Of a stretch of 64,000 nt of DNA, positions 18,070 through 27,722 are shown piece by piece (position 1 is the stretch's first letter; each line of letters begins with the position of its first letter). This DNA comes from a virus, in IMG/VR virus record IMGVR_UViG_3300027804_003215, positions 35,481-99,480 of that record; one strand, 5' to 3'. Below the pieces are notes generated by a model. It was given only the letters and a program-made list of their open reading frames with translations, had not been told where the DNA came from and searched no databases. The position numbers were made by a program, and so were the translations under genes.

Positions 18070-18894
18070 ATGGAACCTATTATTAAAGAAGCTTTTATAG
18101 ATGAAACAACCCCCGAACTCAAGTATTATGCTTTTGATTGGGATGATAATATTGTCCATATGCCGACCGAAATTATCTTATTAGATGAAGATGGTAATGA
18201 GGTAGGTATGAGTACAGAAGATTTTGCGAAGTACAGGACGGACATAGGAAAAAAAGATATTAATTATAAAGGAAAAAAAATTACTGGTTTTGCGGAAAAC
18301 GCTTTCAGAAATTTTAGAACTGAGGGAGACAAGAAGTTTATAACAGATTCCCTCAAAGCAAAATTAGGACCCGCTTTTAAAGACTTCAGAGAAGCTATTA
18401 ACAATGGGTCCATTTTCTCTATCATCACAGCCAGAGGACACAACCCAAACGCAATTAAAGAATCGGTCTACAACTACATTTTAACTGGTTTCGGAGGTAT
18501 AAATAAAGATGAACTTTTGAAAAATTTACGGAAGTACCGTTCTTTTGTTGGTGAAGAAGAGATGGATGATGATGAGTTAATTAAGACATACTTAGCGATG
18601 AACAAATATTTTCCTGTAACTTTTGGGGACGAAAAAAATGCGATTAATCCTGAGGAGGCTAAAGTGATGGCGATGCAAGATTTTGTTGATTACATTAAAG
18701 GTATGGCTGCAGTTCTTAACAAAAAGGCTTTTCTTAAAAAAGATATAGGAAATAAATTCATTCCTTCTAAACCAATTATTGGATTTTCTGATGATGATTT
18801 AAGAAACGTAGAAGTAATGAAAAAAGCTTTTAAAAATAAACCAGAGATAAAAACTTATTCTACTGCTGGAGGAAAGAAGAAAGAAGTAAAATAA
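18070..18894 (+). CDS. HAD-superfamily phosphatase-like protein
   Basis: Motif I FDWDDNI, motif II IITARGH, motif III K, motif IV GFSDDD..N. Confidence 0.7.
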   Translation: MEPIIKEAFIDETTPELKYYAFDWDDNIVHMPTEIILLDEDGNEVGMSTEDFAKYRTDIGKKDINYKGKKITGFAENAFRNFRTEGDKKFITDSLKAKLGPAFKDFREAINNGSIFSIITARGHNPNAIKESVYNYILTGFGGINKDELLKNLRKYRSFVGEEEMDDDELIKTYLAMNKYFPVTFGDEKNAINPEEAKVMAMQDFVDYIKGMAAVLNKKAFLKKDIGNKFIPSKPIIGFSDDDLRNVEVMKKAFKNKPEIKTYSTAGGKKKEVK

Positions 18895-18985
18895 TATTTA
18901 TCATTTCGTGAAAAAAGTAAATAGAAATATTTTCTAACACCCTATATTTATAGGATATAAACAATAGAAACAAAATTATAATAAC

Positions 18986-19474
18986 ATGGCTGATTTACTG
19001 ATGAAAATGCCAATACCTTATGAACCGAAACGACAGAATCGATTCATTCTTAGATTTCCTTCTTCATTGGGTATAAATGAGTGGTTTGTTGAATCTGCAG
19101 CAAGACCATCTATTAAAATCGCATCTAAAGAAATTGAATTTTTGAATACGTCTACTTTCGTTGCGGGAAGATTTAATTGGGACCCAATTTCTGTTAAGTT
19201 CAGAGACCCAATTGGTCCTTCAGCTGCACAAGCACTTATGGAGTGGGTACGTTTACACGCCGAGTCCGTGACAGGTCGTATGGGATATGCTGCGGGTTAC
19301 AAAAAAGACATCGACCTCGAGATGTTGGACCCAACAGGAGTTGTTGTAGAAAAATGGATTTTATACGGAACGTTTTTAACCTCTGTAAATTTTGGTTCAT
19401 TGGCATACAACACCGACAACTTAGCTGATATTCAAGCGGAACTTAGAATGGACAGATGTGTGTTAGTTTACTAA
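18986..19474 (+). CDS. Tail tube protein (gp19-like)
   Basis: EPKRQNRF, ARPSI, GRFNWDPISV.F.D, YKKDI.L.MLDP.G.VVEKW.L.G.F pattern. Confidence 0.9.
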   Translation: MADLLMKMPIPYEPKRQNRFILRFPSSLGINEWFVESAARPSIKIASKEIEFLNTSTFVAGRFNWDPISVKFRDPIGPSAAQALMEWVRLHAESVTGRMGYAAGYKKDIDLEMLDPTGVVVEKWILYGTFLTSVNFGSLAYNTDNLADIQAELRMDRCVLVY

Positions 19475-19507
19475 TACTCTTTATAAAAAATCAATAGCAT
19501 TTATATT

Positions 19508-19544
19508 TAACCGTAAAGACATAAACTTTACGGTTATTTTTTTT
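19508..19544 (+). terminator. Rho-independent terminator after the tube gene, overlapping a promoter motif
   Basis: TAACCGTAAAG-ACATAAA-CTTTACGGTTA then T8; TATTTAA at 19504-19510 overlaps the 5' arm. Confidence 0.8.
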
Positions 19545-19546
19545 AT

Positions 19547-20293
19547 ATGGAAGATAAATCAAGAGAATTCGGTCAACAATTTTTAAGTTTACCCCACGAC
19601 GTAGTCCCCCTTCCTTCAGGCGGAAGATTTTATAAAAACAAAAAGAAATCCCTCAAGGTTGGATATTTGACAGCCGCAGATGAGAATATATTATTGGGTG
19701 GTACAGATGATATCACAGGTTCTTTATTAAGAAACAAAATCTATGAACCTGATATGAGAATTGATGATTTACTCGAGGGAGACGTTGAGGCAATTTTGAT
19801 TTTCTTGAGAAACACATCATTTGGTCCCGAAATGCAACTAACTTTGATTGACCCTCAAACTAAAAAGAGTTTCGAGACAAATGTTAGATTGGATGAATTA
19901 GATATAAAACAACCGAAACAAGACCCTAACGAAGACGGAACATATAACACCACACTACCAAAGTCGGGAGTTAATGTCAAATTAAAAATTCTAACCTACG
20001 GAGAACAAACTGAACTTCAAAAAATTTTGGACTCATATCCACAGGGTAGAGTACCCCCTAAGGTAACACTTTTATTACAAAGACAAATATTGGAAATAGA
20101 CGGTAACTCGGACAAGGGAGAAATTGCAAAATTTGTTGAACAACTCCCTATCTCAGATTCCAAATACATAAGAAATTTCTTGTTCGATAATGAACCAAGA
20201 TTAGATTTAAGAAGAGTTGTAATTGCCCCATCAGGAGAAAAACTAACTGTGAACGTTAGTTTTGGGGTTGAATTTTTTCGCCCTTTCTTCTGA
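19547..20293 (+). CDS. Baseplate hub assembly/tail assembly chaperone (gp26-like)
   Basis: VPLPSGGRFY, LTAADENIL, LL.GD..AILIFLR.TSFG, LPKSG and a C-terminal FF; lies between tube and tape-measure genes. Confidence 0.75.
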   Translation: MEDKSREFGQQFLSLPHDVVPLPSGGRFYKNKKKSLKVGYLTAADENILLGGTDDITGSLLRNKIYEPDMRIDDLLEGDVEAILIFLRNTSFGPEMQLTLIDPQTKKSFETNVRLDELDIKQPKQDPNEDGTYNTTLPKSGVNVKLKILTYGEQTELQKILDSYPQGRVPPKVTLLLQRQILEIDGNSDKGEIAKFVEQLPISDSKYIRNFLFDNEPRLDLRRVVIAPSGEKLTVNVSFGVEFFRPFF

Positions 20294-20435
20294 TTATAGA
20301 AAGAACCAATTAGACGAGTTTTATTATTTAAGTACACTTCTGAAGGTAAGTTATTCAGACTTCCTCATAATGCCCATATTTGTACGGAAATATCTTTTGG
20401 ACAAGTGGATAGAGATTAATTCAACAGAAAAATAA
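20262..20435 (+). CDS. gp51-like small chaperone ORF, probably reached by frameshift from the gp26-like gene (not in ORF track)
   Basis: +1 frame reads ...FFALSSDYRKNQLDEFYYLSTLLKVSYSDFLIMPIFVRKYLLDKWIEINSTEK*. The S-x-x-D/E-x-x-x-MP-x-x-x-R-x-Y pattern is typical of gp51-like proteins. There is no ATG before the conserved part. Confidence 0.6.
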   Translation: MGLNFFALSSDYRKNQLDEFYYLSTLLKVSYSDFLIMPIFVRKYLLDKWIEINSTEK

Positions 20436-20464
20436 AAAAACTCTATTTATAGAAAAATACACAG

Positions 20465-22375
20465 ATGTTTTTTCAGTCAACAGACGAACAGAATGAAGCT
20501 GCAAAACAGGCGGTTAAAGCCACGGATTTTAGTGCACTTTCAACAGAGTTAGATAAGACGTTGAAAAGAATGACGGACTTGAAAGAAGGGGCGTCAGCAG
20601 TTTTCAGTATGTTCCAAGATTTAATTATTCAATCTGAGGAATTGAATAAGACCTTTGTTGGTGGTAGATTGAGAATACAGGAGATGCAAAAAGCTATAAA
20701 CGACGCAGCTCCTGATGTAGTACGTTTAGGCGGAACATATGAAGATGTTAGTAAGACTATCAGCGAAATTGCTGCTGGTACAAGAACTCAAATTGTTGCA
20801 TCAACAAAAGATGTAAGAGAGTTATTTGCTGCGGGAGAAATCATAGGAACATCGGTACTGAAAATAGTAGACGCTTTTGATAAAGTAGGTATAAGTTACG
20901 ACAACATTGCAGAGAACTTAGCTGATTCTATTAGTTACGTTCAAGGAATAGGACAAAATGCGAAAGTCGTTATGCAATCCGTTGTTGCAAACACAGAACA
21001 ACTTTCAAGATTTAATTTTGCAAACGGAGTTCAAGGTTTAACAAAAATGGCAGCACAAGCTTCGATGATGAGGTTTGATATGGGAAAAACATTTGATTTT
21101 GCTGAAAAAATGTTGGACCCTGAAGCCGCAATTGAAATGTCATCAGCCTTCCAAAGACTTGGAGTATCTGTAGGCAATTTGACCGACCCTCTTTCTCTTG
21201 TTAATCAATCCCTAACAGACCCGTCAGGTTTACAGAATTCTCTGATAAACATGACCAAACAGTTCACATATTTTGACGAACAAACAAGAAGTTTTAAGAT
21301 TAATCCTCAAGGAATTTTAACTATGAGAGAGCTGGCGAACGCCACAGGGATAAGTGCTGCTGAGTTGAGAAAAACCGCACTAGCCGCGGCAGAGATGGAC
21401 GCTAAGCTAGCAAAAATTAATACAACGGGATTGAATTTTGACGTCAGTGATGAAAACAAAATGTTGATTGCCAACGTTGCAAGGATGGGAGAAGGGGGAG
21501 AATATGAGGTGAGTATTAAAGATGATAGAGGAAACGAATATCAACAGAAATTAACTGAATTGACTGAAACAGAATTCAAAAGACTTATAGAACAACAATC
21601 AAAAGCACCCAAAACAATTGAAGAAATCCAACAATCACAATTGAATACGGCTGAGTTGATGTTGGGTGAAATTAAAGGATTGAGAGAGACTATGTCAACC
21701 GCGTTCTTCAATCTACCCAATGTTCAAAGTTCGATTGAAAGTACAACCAAACTTACAAGAGAGTCCATGGGAGCGTTTCAAAAAGTCATGGAAACATCAG
21801 GATTCAGAGAAAGATTGAGTAATATTAGGAAAGAGGAAACAGCTATTCGACAACAGGGATTAAGTCCAGAAAAGGAAAAAGAAGCTCTCAACAAATTATT
21901 CACAGAAGCTACCGAAGCAATTAAAAAACAAGCCCCTGAAATTTTGAGAGGAGCAGGTGTTGCTATTTCTACAATCAAAGAAGAATCAAACGAACAAGTA
22001 AAAGCGTTCACAGATAGTGTCGACAAATATTTTAATATTCTTTTCAAAAGCGAAGATAAAAGACCCAAACCAGGAAGTAGTCAATATGCCACACCAACAC
22101 AATACGGACTTCTGTCAACAAGTTATGCGAACCCTGTTGCTGCGAGCACCGCAGCTGCAACCGCTCTTGGATTAGCCAAACCTGGTCCTTTGGAGGTAGA
22201 ATTCTTAAACCCTACTTTGACTGTTAATGTAAATGTTTCAACACCAGCTGGTGTGGATTCTACCGCTCTTACACAGATAATCAAAGATGCACAAGTTCCA
22301 TTACAACAAGAACTTTATAATGCTGTAAGAAAAGTTGCAATCAATAAAGGGGAGATAAAATCCGTAACGGCTTGA
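20465..22375 (+). CDS. Tape-measure-like protein
   Basis: Helical Ala/Gln/Glu-rich 636 aa ORF directly after the tail chaperone genes. Confidence 0.6.
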   Translation: MFFQSTDEQNEAAKQAVKATDFSALSTELDKTLKRMTDLKEGASAVFSMFQDLIIQSEELNKTFVGGRLRIQEMQKAINDAAPDVVRLGGTYEDVSKTISEIAAGTRTQIVASTKDVRELFAAGEIIGTSVLKIVDAFDKVGISYDNIAENLADSISYVQGIGQNAKVVMQSVVANTEQLSRFNFANGVQGLTKMAAQASMMRFDMGKTFDFAEKMLDPEAAIEMSSAFQRLGVSVGNLTDPLSLVNQSLTDPSGLQNSLINMTKQFTYFDEQTRSFKINPQGILTMRELANATGISAAELRKTALAAAEMDAKLAKINTTGLNFDVSDENKMLIANVARMGEGGEYEVSIKDDRGNEYQQKLTELTETEFKRLIEQQSKAPKTIEEIQQSQLNTAELMLGEIKGLRETMSTAFFNLPNVQSSIESTTKLTRESMGAFQKVMETSGFRERLSNIRKEETAIRQQGLSPEKEKEALNKLFTEATEAIKKQAPEILRGAGVAISTIKEESNEQVKAFTDSVDKYFNILFKSEDKRPKPGSSQYATPTQYGLLSTSYANPVAASTAAATALGLAKPGPLEVEFLNPTLTVNVNVSTPAGVDSTALTQIIKDAQVPLQQELYNAVRKVAINKGEIKSVTA

Positions 22376-22422
22376 TGACTGAAAAAAACGTTTTTTCTCT
22401 ATTTATTTATAAATAAGTTGGA

Positions 22423-25400
22423 ATGGCAGGTAGCCCATTAGATTTAGTAAACTCAGATGCTTTCAGAAAAAAGTTAATCACAAGGAACCTAACACCTTAT
22501 GCTAAGGCTCCTAACAGACCTTCATTACCCACCAATCTTCCATATATACAAACAGATAGCTCTGTACAAGATAGTCCTGACCAACTAATTGATGAACCTT
22601 CATTTGCTAACCAATTATACCCTCTAAATCAATGGGGGGCAGAAGGAGGATTTCAACAAGTACCTGACCCTGGTGCACTTCTCAACACCAAATCAAACGA
22701 GGGCGAATACGGACCAGGTCAACAAGATGCTCACATATTAGACCAAGCCTCAATTGAACAATACAATTGGAAACCCAAAAATGCGTATTCCAATGGTACT
22801 CAAGAAGTTTTAGATAGTGGTGAGTATATTACTGAGCCTGATTGGATAAGAAGCGGTACACCAAATCTATATAATAACCAACCATATCCAACGACATTTG
22901 TACCCTCAGCATACGCACCAGTATCAATTCTTCTTTCACCAGACCCAGTTGGTAGTAACGGTCTGATGAGTCAAGACTCTTTTTTGGCTCAATTGGGTTC
23001 CAAAACACTTAAAAAAGAATTTCAAGAGAGAATTGCAACAAACATATATCAAAATACAGTAGGAAGAGCAAACCTATTTAATGTGAATAGTGGTACGGAT
23101 ATTCTCAATTTGGTTACCACCAGAGTTCCTTTGATAGAGCCGAATTGGGTGATTACAGTCCCCGAAAATCCAATACTTGCAGCATCAGATTTTGCTTTGA
23201 GATTAGCGGGAAGTATAATCCCTGTTTCACCTATACCTGGCTCTTATTTTGACACAAGTATAGTATTAGGTCAACCAACAACAATTCAACAGATTCGTAA
23301 TGCTTTCAGACAATCAAATAGTGGTATAGGAAAGTTTTTCAATAGACTTCTTGGAGCAGACAGGACAGGGTCTCAAATTTTCTTAAATAATACTGGTGGT
23401 GGGCAAAAATCTAGATTGTTTGGTAATTTAAAATTCAACAGATTTAAACCAGGTTACGATAGAAACATTTTCGATAGATTGGGAGGAGTTCTTGTTGGGG
23501 CAAGAGAAAACAACTCTAATTTTTATATTGGTTCTGTCACTTCAGAACCATCACAAATATTTTCACCAGCAGGAGATTTACCTGTTAGTGAGTTCGGTGC
23601 TGAGGTACAAGCCCCTGTTTATGGTCCGAGTGAACTAGCTCAACTATATGAGGGACCGAATAGAGAAATCAGATTGGGTGCGAATGCACCGGCTTATGCA
23701 GATGGTGGAGGTTTAGAAGGGGGGTTGACTTGGGTTTCTCCAAAATATAAAGGTAATGCTGGTAAAAAAGTTGGTATAGGTGGTGAAGTAACAAACCCTG
23801 ATGAAAATTTCAGACCATCCTCATATGTTACTACTGAGTCCACAAATATCGCATTCAGGAACGGGTCCATAATGGACGACACCCAAAGATTGATTGATAG
23901 TCAACCTAATGGTGGTAGAAGATTACAACACGTTGGAAACGCAATTGACCAAGTAAGTAAAGTATTCCATGATGGGTATAAAGAAATGACAAAAGGCTCA
24001 AGGGTACTTACGTACGTCGGTTCTTTGGGTCAAGAGGTGGGTTCGGAGTATTGTCGAGTTTTTGCTAAAGATTTACCTTATGCAGAATATTCAGACCTAC
24101 AAAAGAAAGATGGGGTTGTTAATGAGGGTAGGAGATTTTCTTATTCTGTTTTTGACAAAACTTACAATCTGAATATCGCACCAAACAAACAAGAAGGTGG
24201 ACAAGATTCGTCAAACCTTATAGGAACGGGTGACCAAGCTTATGCAAAAAAGTATATGTTCTCCATTGAAAATTTAGCATGGAGAACCTCACATACACCA
24301 GGAGTGAATGTGAATGATTTACCTATCTGTGAAAGAGGACCTAATGGAGGAAGAGTAATGTGGTTCCCACCTTACGGATTAACCTTCAGTGAGAGTTCAA
24401 GGGCTTCATGGAAACCCCAAGACTTTTTGGGTAGACCGGAAAAAGTTTACACATATACAAACTCAGAAAGAGATGGTACAATTACTTGGAAAATTGTTGT
24501 AGACCACCCTTCTGTGTTGAATGTGATTGTAAATAAAGTACTTGCAAATAATTCAAGTTCCGAAAGAATTAATGGACTTCTCGATTCATTTTTTGCGGGT
24601 TGTAAAAAATATGACTTGTATGAGTTGGCAAAAAAATATTATACCATTTCACCAAACGAACTATCAGTCCTACAACAAATAATTTCTTCCAAAGATGCAA
24701 GTAGAGAGGTTGTTGGTACAATCAGAGACAACCAAGCTTCGGGTGGTCTGGACACAGGAAACCAAAGTCAAATTTCAACTCAACCAAATCAACAAACACC
24801 TTCACAGAACTTTCAACAATTTGAAAACTTCGCATTATTCTTTCCAAATGCCCAACCCGTTGAAGGTTCATCAGTTTCTAACTATACAGATTATTACAGC
24901 ATTTACAATGCTCAAATGAACGGGACATATGAGGGTTCTTCAGTAACTTTTTTTGATGACGTAATTGCAAAGAATTATGACGAAATTCAAAATAAATTTG
25001 TGGACCAATTGGCACAATATTTGAAAGAAAATACAAATTCTGTGGTCACTATCTTCTTGGAGGCTTCAGCATCTGCTCCTGGTACAAATGATTATAACTT
25101 GAAACTATCTCAAAGGAGAGGTGAAAGTGTTATCAAGTTTTTTTCAGAGAATAGTAAATTGAAAAACTATGTTTCTAATAGAAGAATTGTTTTTCCTCCT
25201 GTAAATGCTCAAGGTGAAAATGGTGAAGTAAGACAATACAATGGGACGACATATGTTCCGAACGTCAAGACACAAAGATGTTCTGAGATAGTGAGTAATT
25301 CTTCAAATCTTAATGATAGTAATCCTAATATAACAAATCAGACTGCAATGGCTTGTAGAAGGGTCAGTATCTCCAAAATACAAGTAAGTAGTCCACAACC

Positions 25401-27402
25401 CGTACAACCGACCGCTCAACCTAACATCCCTACAGGTTCAGGTTTACCCTCAACAAATCAAGAGAGACCAATTCCAAGAACAGACGTGGAACCTAAATTT
25501 GTAAAATCAGATTGGGTGACTAAAAGAATTGTAAGAAACTTGATATCGGAGTGTGATTATTTCGAAACGATAAAACAAGAGACGCCCATGGTTTATGATA
25601 ACTTGAAACAAAAACTCAAGTTTTTTCAACCAAGTTTCCACTCTACAACACCAGAAGGATTGAACTCGAGACTTACTTTCCTCCAACAATGTATGAGACC
25701 TGGTGATACAATCCCAACCGTAAACCCACAACCAAATGGTAATTATCAATTGGATTTCAATAATGCAATAAATTCTGCATTTGGAATACCACCGGTTTTG
25801 GTTCTAAGAATTGGAGATTTTTATCACACCAAGATTATACCTAATAGTTTACAATTGAAGTTTGAAGGTTTGGATATCAACCCTGAGGGAATTGGTATTC
25901 AACCTATGATTGCTGAGGTTACCCTTAGTTTTAATTTTGTAGGTGGACAGGGACTTGCAACCGCAATTGATAGATTACAAAACGCACTTTCTTTCAATTA
26001 TTATGCAAACACTGAGATGTGGGACGAAAGAGCTGATGCGACCGATACTGAAAATTTGAAAGTATTGAGTAATGAGTTTCTTCAGATGGTACAAATGCCT
26101 TCTGCTCCAACAACAAATCAAGTTCAAAACACAGGTGGTCTTAATAACGCCAATACGATTGGAAATAAAGTGAATAGTAATATTTCCTCAACCGGAGAAA
26201 CGGGTGTGATGAGTTATACACAATTTATGGATACACTATCCAATCAAACTCAAACATATTTCCAAAACGTATTCAACCAAAGTAGAAGTACTTTCAGACA
26301 ATATAACAACGCAATTCTACAGCAATGGTCTTTGAATAACATTTATCAAAGTGGAAGTTTGTTATCAAACCCATCTCAACCAAACGAAATTTTACTCTAC
26401 GGGAAAAACGATTCTTACCAAAGTAACATTGATAGAATTTTCGAAGACCTAATAAGAGATATTAAAAATGATTCAGACGGTTTCGTCAAATTAATCAATT
26501 CTTCGGGTGTTAATTTCTCAGGTAAGGCTCAGAGATTGATTAAAGACAACTATTTGAATTTTGTTAAAAACAAAAGAAATACTTATTCAAACCCGTTGGC
26601 AAAACTAATTCAAGATACTACATACAACCAACAAAATTATATTCAATACCTTTCAAGAGTTAATACAGTGTTATTTGTTACAGGTCCTAATAATGGTACA
26701 GATGGATTTCAACAAAAAAACGGAAATGTTGTTGTGTATGATTTACAACAAAAAACAAATGAATACACCGAAATGGTTGAAGACGGTGCTAAAATAGGAC
26801 AAGGTATTCTTGACTATTATAATGTTTTGAAGAGTCAAACTGATTTCAAAGTTGGTGACAAAAGTTACTCTGGATATTTGACATATTGGGACTCATCTTC
26901 CAACCCACAACAACTAACAAATGAAGTATTCATACCTTTTAGTAAGAATATTCTCTTTGGTGAGAAAGAGTTTAGAAGACAATATGCGATTTTATCAAAT
27001 GATATTAAATCTGAAAATTACAATAATTTCAAAACCGCAATTATAGGTCAGCTATTGACAGACCCAAGTTTGGCTGGAAGAAACGGAAGAGACAACTTTA
27101 ATGAAGTGTTTGACCAATATTGGTTGAAGACAGCGAAACCTCTTTTTGATGAGGAAGATTCTTTAACAAATACATTTTTGGACACTTTAGAAAAAGATAA
27201 ACTGAAAAACTTTTTGAATTTCACACCTTATCCTTCGGGCAAAGTTAGAGAATTTACTTTTAATAGAACCGATTCTCCAAGTGATGCTCAGAAGAAATTA
27301 ATAAAATCTTTGGGTGCTGTTAACAATAGTGAAAGAAATAAATCTAGTTGGAATTCATCTGACGGAGCAAATGTTTATATTTCAAAAGTAAAACTTAACT
27401 AA
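22423..27402 (+). CDS. Large baseplate/tube-initiator protein with an internal OmpA-like domain
   Basis: Tube-initiator-like segments (WFPPYGLTFSE...W....FLGRPE.VYTY.NSER; PPVLVLRIGDFYHTKII) flank ASAS.PG.NDYNLKLSQRRGESV...CRRVSI. Confidence 0.6.
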   Translation: MAGSPLDLVNSDAFRKKLITRNLTPYAKAPNRPSLPTNLPYIQTDSSVQDSPDQLIDEPSFANQLYPLNQWGAEGGFQQVPDPGALLNTKSNEGEYGPGQQDAHILDQASIEQYNWKPKNAYSNGTQEVLDSGEYITEPDWIRSGTPNLYNNQPYPTTFVPSAYAPVSILLSPDPVGSNGLMSQDSFLAQLGSKTLKKEFQERIATNIYQNTVGRANLFNVNSGTDILNLVTTRVPLIEPNWVITVPENPILAASDFALRLAGSIIPVSPIPGSYFDTSIVLGQPTTIQQIRNAFRQSNSGIGKFFNRLLGADRTGSQIFLNNTGGGQKSRLFGNLKFNRFKPGYDRNIFDRLGGVLVGARENNSNFYIGSVTSEPSQIFSPAGDLPVSEFGAEVQAPVYGPSELAQLYEGPNREIRLGANAPAYADGGGLEGGLTWVSPKYKGNAGKKVGIGGEVTNPDENFRPSSYVTTESTNIAFRNGSIMDDTQRLIDSQPNGGRRLQHVGNAIDQVSKVFHDGYKEMTKGSRVLTYVGSLGQEVGSEYCRVFAKDLPYAEYSDLQKKDGVVNEGRRFSYSVFDKTYNLNIAPNKQEGGQDSSNLIGTGDQAYAKKYMFSIENLAWRTSHTPGVNVNDLPICERGPNGGRVMWFPPYGLTFSESSRASWKPQDFLGRPEKVYTYTNSERDGTITWKIVVDHPSVLNVIVNKVLANNSSSERINGLLDSFFAGCKKYDLYELAKKYYTISPNELSVLQQIISSKDASREVVGTIRDNQASGGLDTGNQSQISTQPNQQTPSQNFQQFENFALFFPNAQPVEGSSVSNYTDYYSIYNAQMNGTYEGSSVTFFDDVIAKNYDEIQNKFVDQLAQYLKENTNSVVTIFLEASASAPGTNDYNLKLSQRRGESVIKFFSENSKLKNYVSNRRIVFPPVNAQGENGEVRQYNGTTYVPNVKTQRCSEIVSNSSNLNDSNPNITNQTAMACRRVSISKIQVSSPQPVQPTAQPNIPTGSGLPSTNQERPIPRTDVEPKFVKSDWVTKRIVRNLISECDYFETIKQETPMVYDNLKQKLKFFQPSFHSTTPEGLNSRLTFLQQCMRPGDTIPTVNPQPNGNYQLDFNNAINSAFGIPPVLVLRIGDFYHTKIIPNSLQLKFEGLDINPEGIGIQPMIAEVTLSFNFVGGQGLATAIDRLQNALSFNYYANTEMWDERADATDTENLKVLSNEFLQMVQMPSAPTTNQVQNTGGLNNANTIGNKVNSNISSTGETGVMSYTQFMDTLSNQTQTYFQNVFNQSRSTFRQYNNAILQQWSLNNIYQSGSLLSNPSQPNEILLYGKNDSYQSNIDRIFEDLIRDIKNDSDGFVKLINSSGVNFSGKAQRLIKDNYLNFVKNKRNTYSNPLAKLIQDTTYNQQNYIQYLSRVNTVLFVTGPNNGTDGFQQKNGNVVVYDLQQKTNEYTEMVEDGAKIGQGILDYYNVLKSQTDFKVGDKSYSGYLTYWDSSSNPQQLTNEVFIPFSKNILFGEKEFRRQYAILSNDIKSENYNNFKTAIIGQLLTDPSLAGRNGRDNFNEVFDQYWLKTAKPLFDEEDSLTNTFLDTLEKDKLKNFLNFTPYPSGKVREFTFNRTDSPSDAQKKLIKSLGAVNNSERNKSSWNSSDGANVYISKVKLN

Positions 27403-27722
27403 TGTATCCATATTACAATAGATATACGGAATTTTTATTGAACGGACAACAATCCGTGGTACCGTTTGTGACCTTGCCTTCAAAATCTACCGATAAGAGT
27501 TACATTTATAAAGTTGGTCAAAGTAGATTGGATAAGGTCTCACAACAGTTTTATAATTCACCTGTTTACAATTGGTTGATATTACAAGCCAATCCAATAT
27601 TCGGGGGGTTAGAAAACACAATCTATGATGGGGCAATATTAGTCATTCCGTTTCCTTTGGTTCCTTCTTTACAGGATTATAAGTCGGCGGTAGAAAACTA
27701 TTTTTATTATTATGGCAGGTAA
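27402..27722 (+). CDS. LysM-like baseplate protein (gp53/tail X-like)
   Basis: RLDKVSQQFYNSP.Y.WLILQANP...I..G..LVIP pattern. Confidence 0.75.
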   Translation: MYPYYNRYTEFLLNGQQSVVPFVTLPSKSTDKSYIYKVGQSRLDKVSQQFYNSPVYNWLILQANPIFGGLENTIYDGAILVIPFPLVPSLQDYKSAVENYFYYYGR

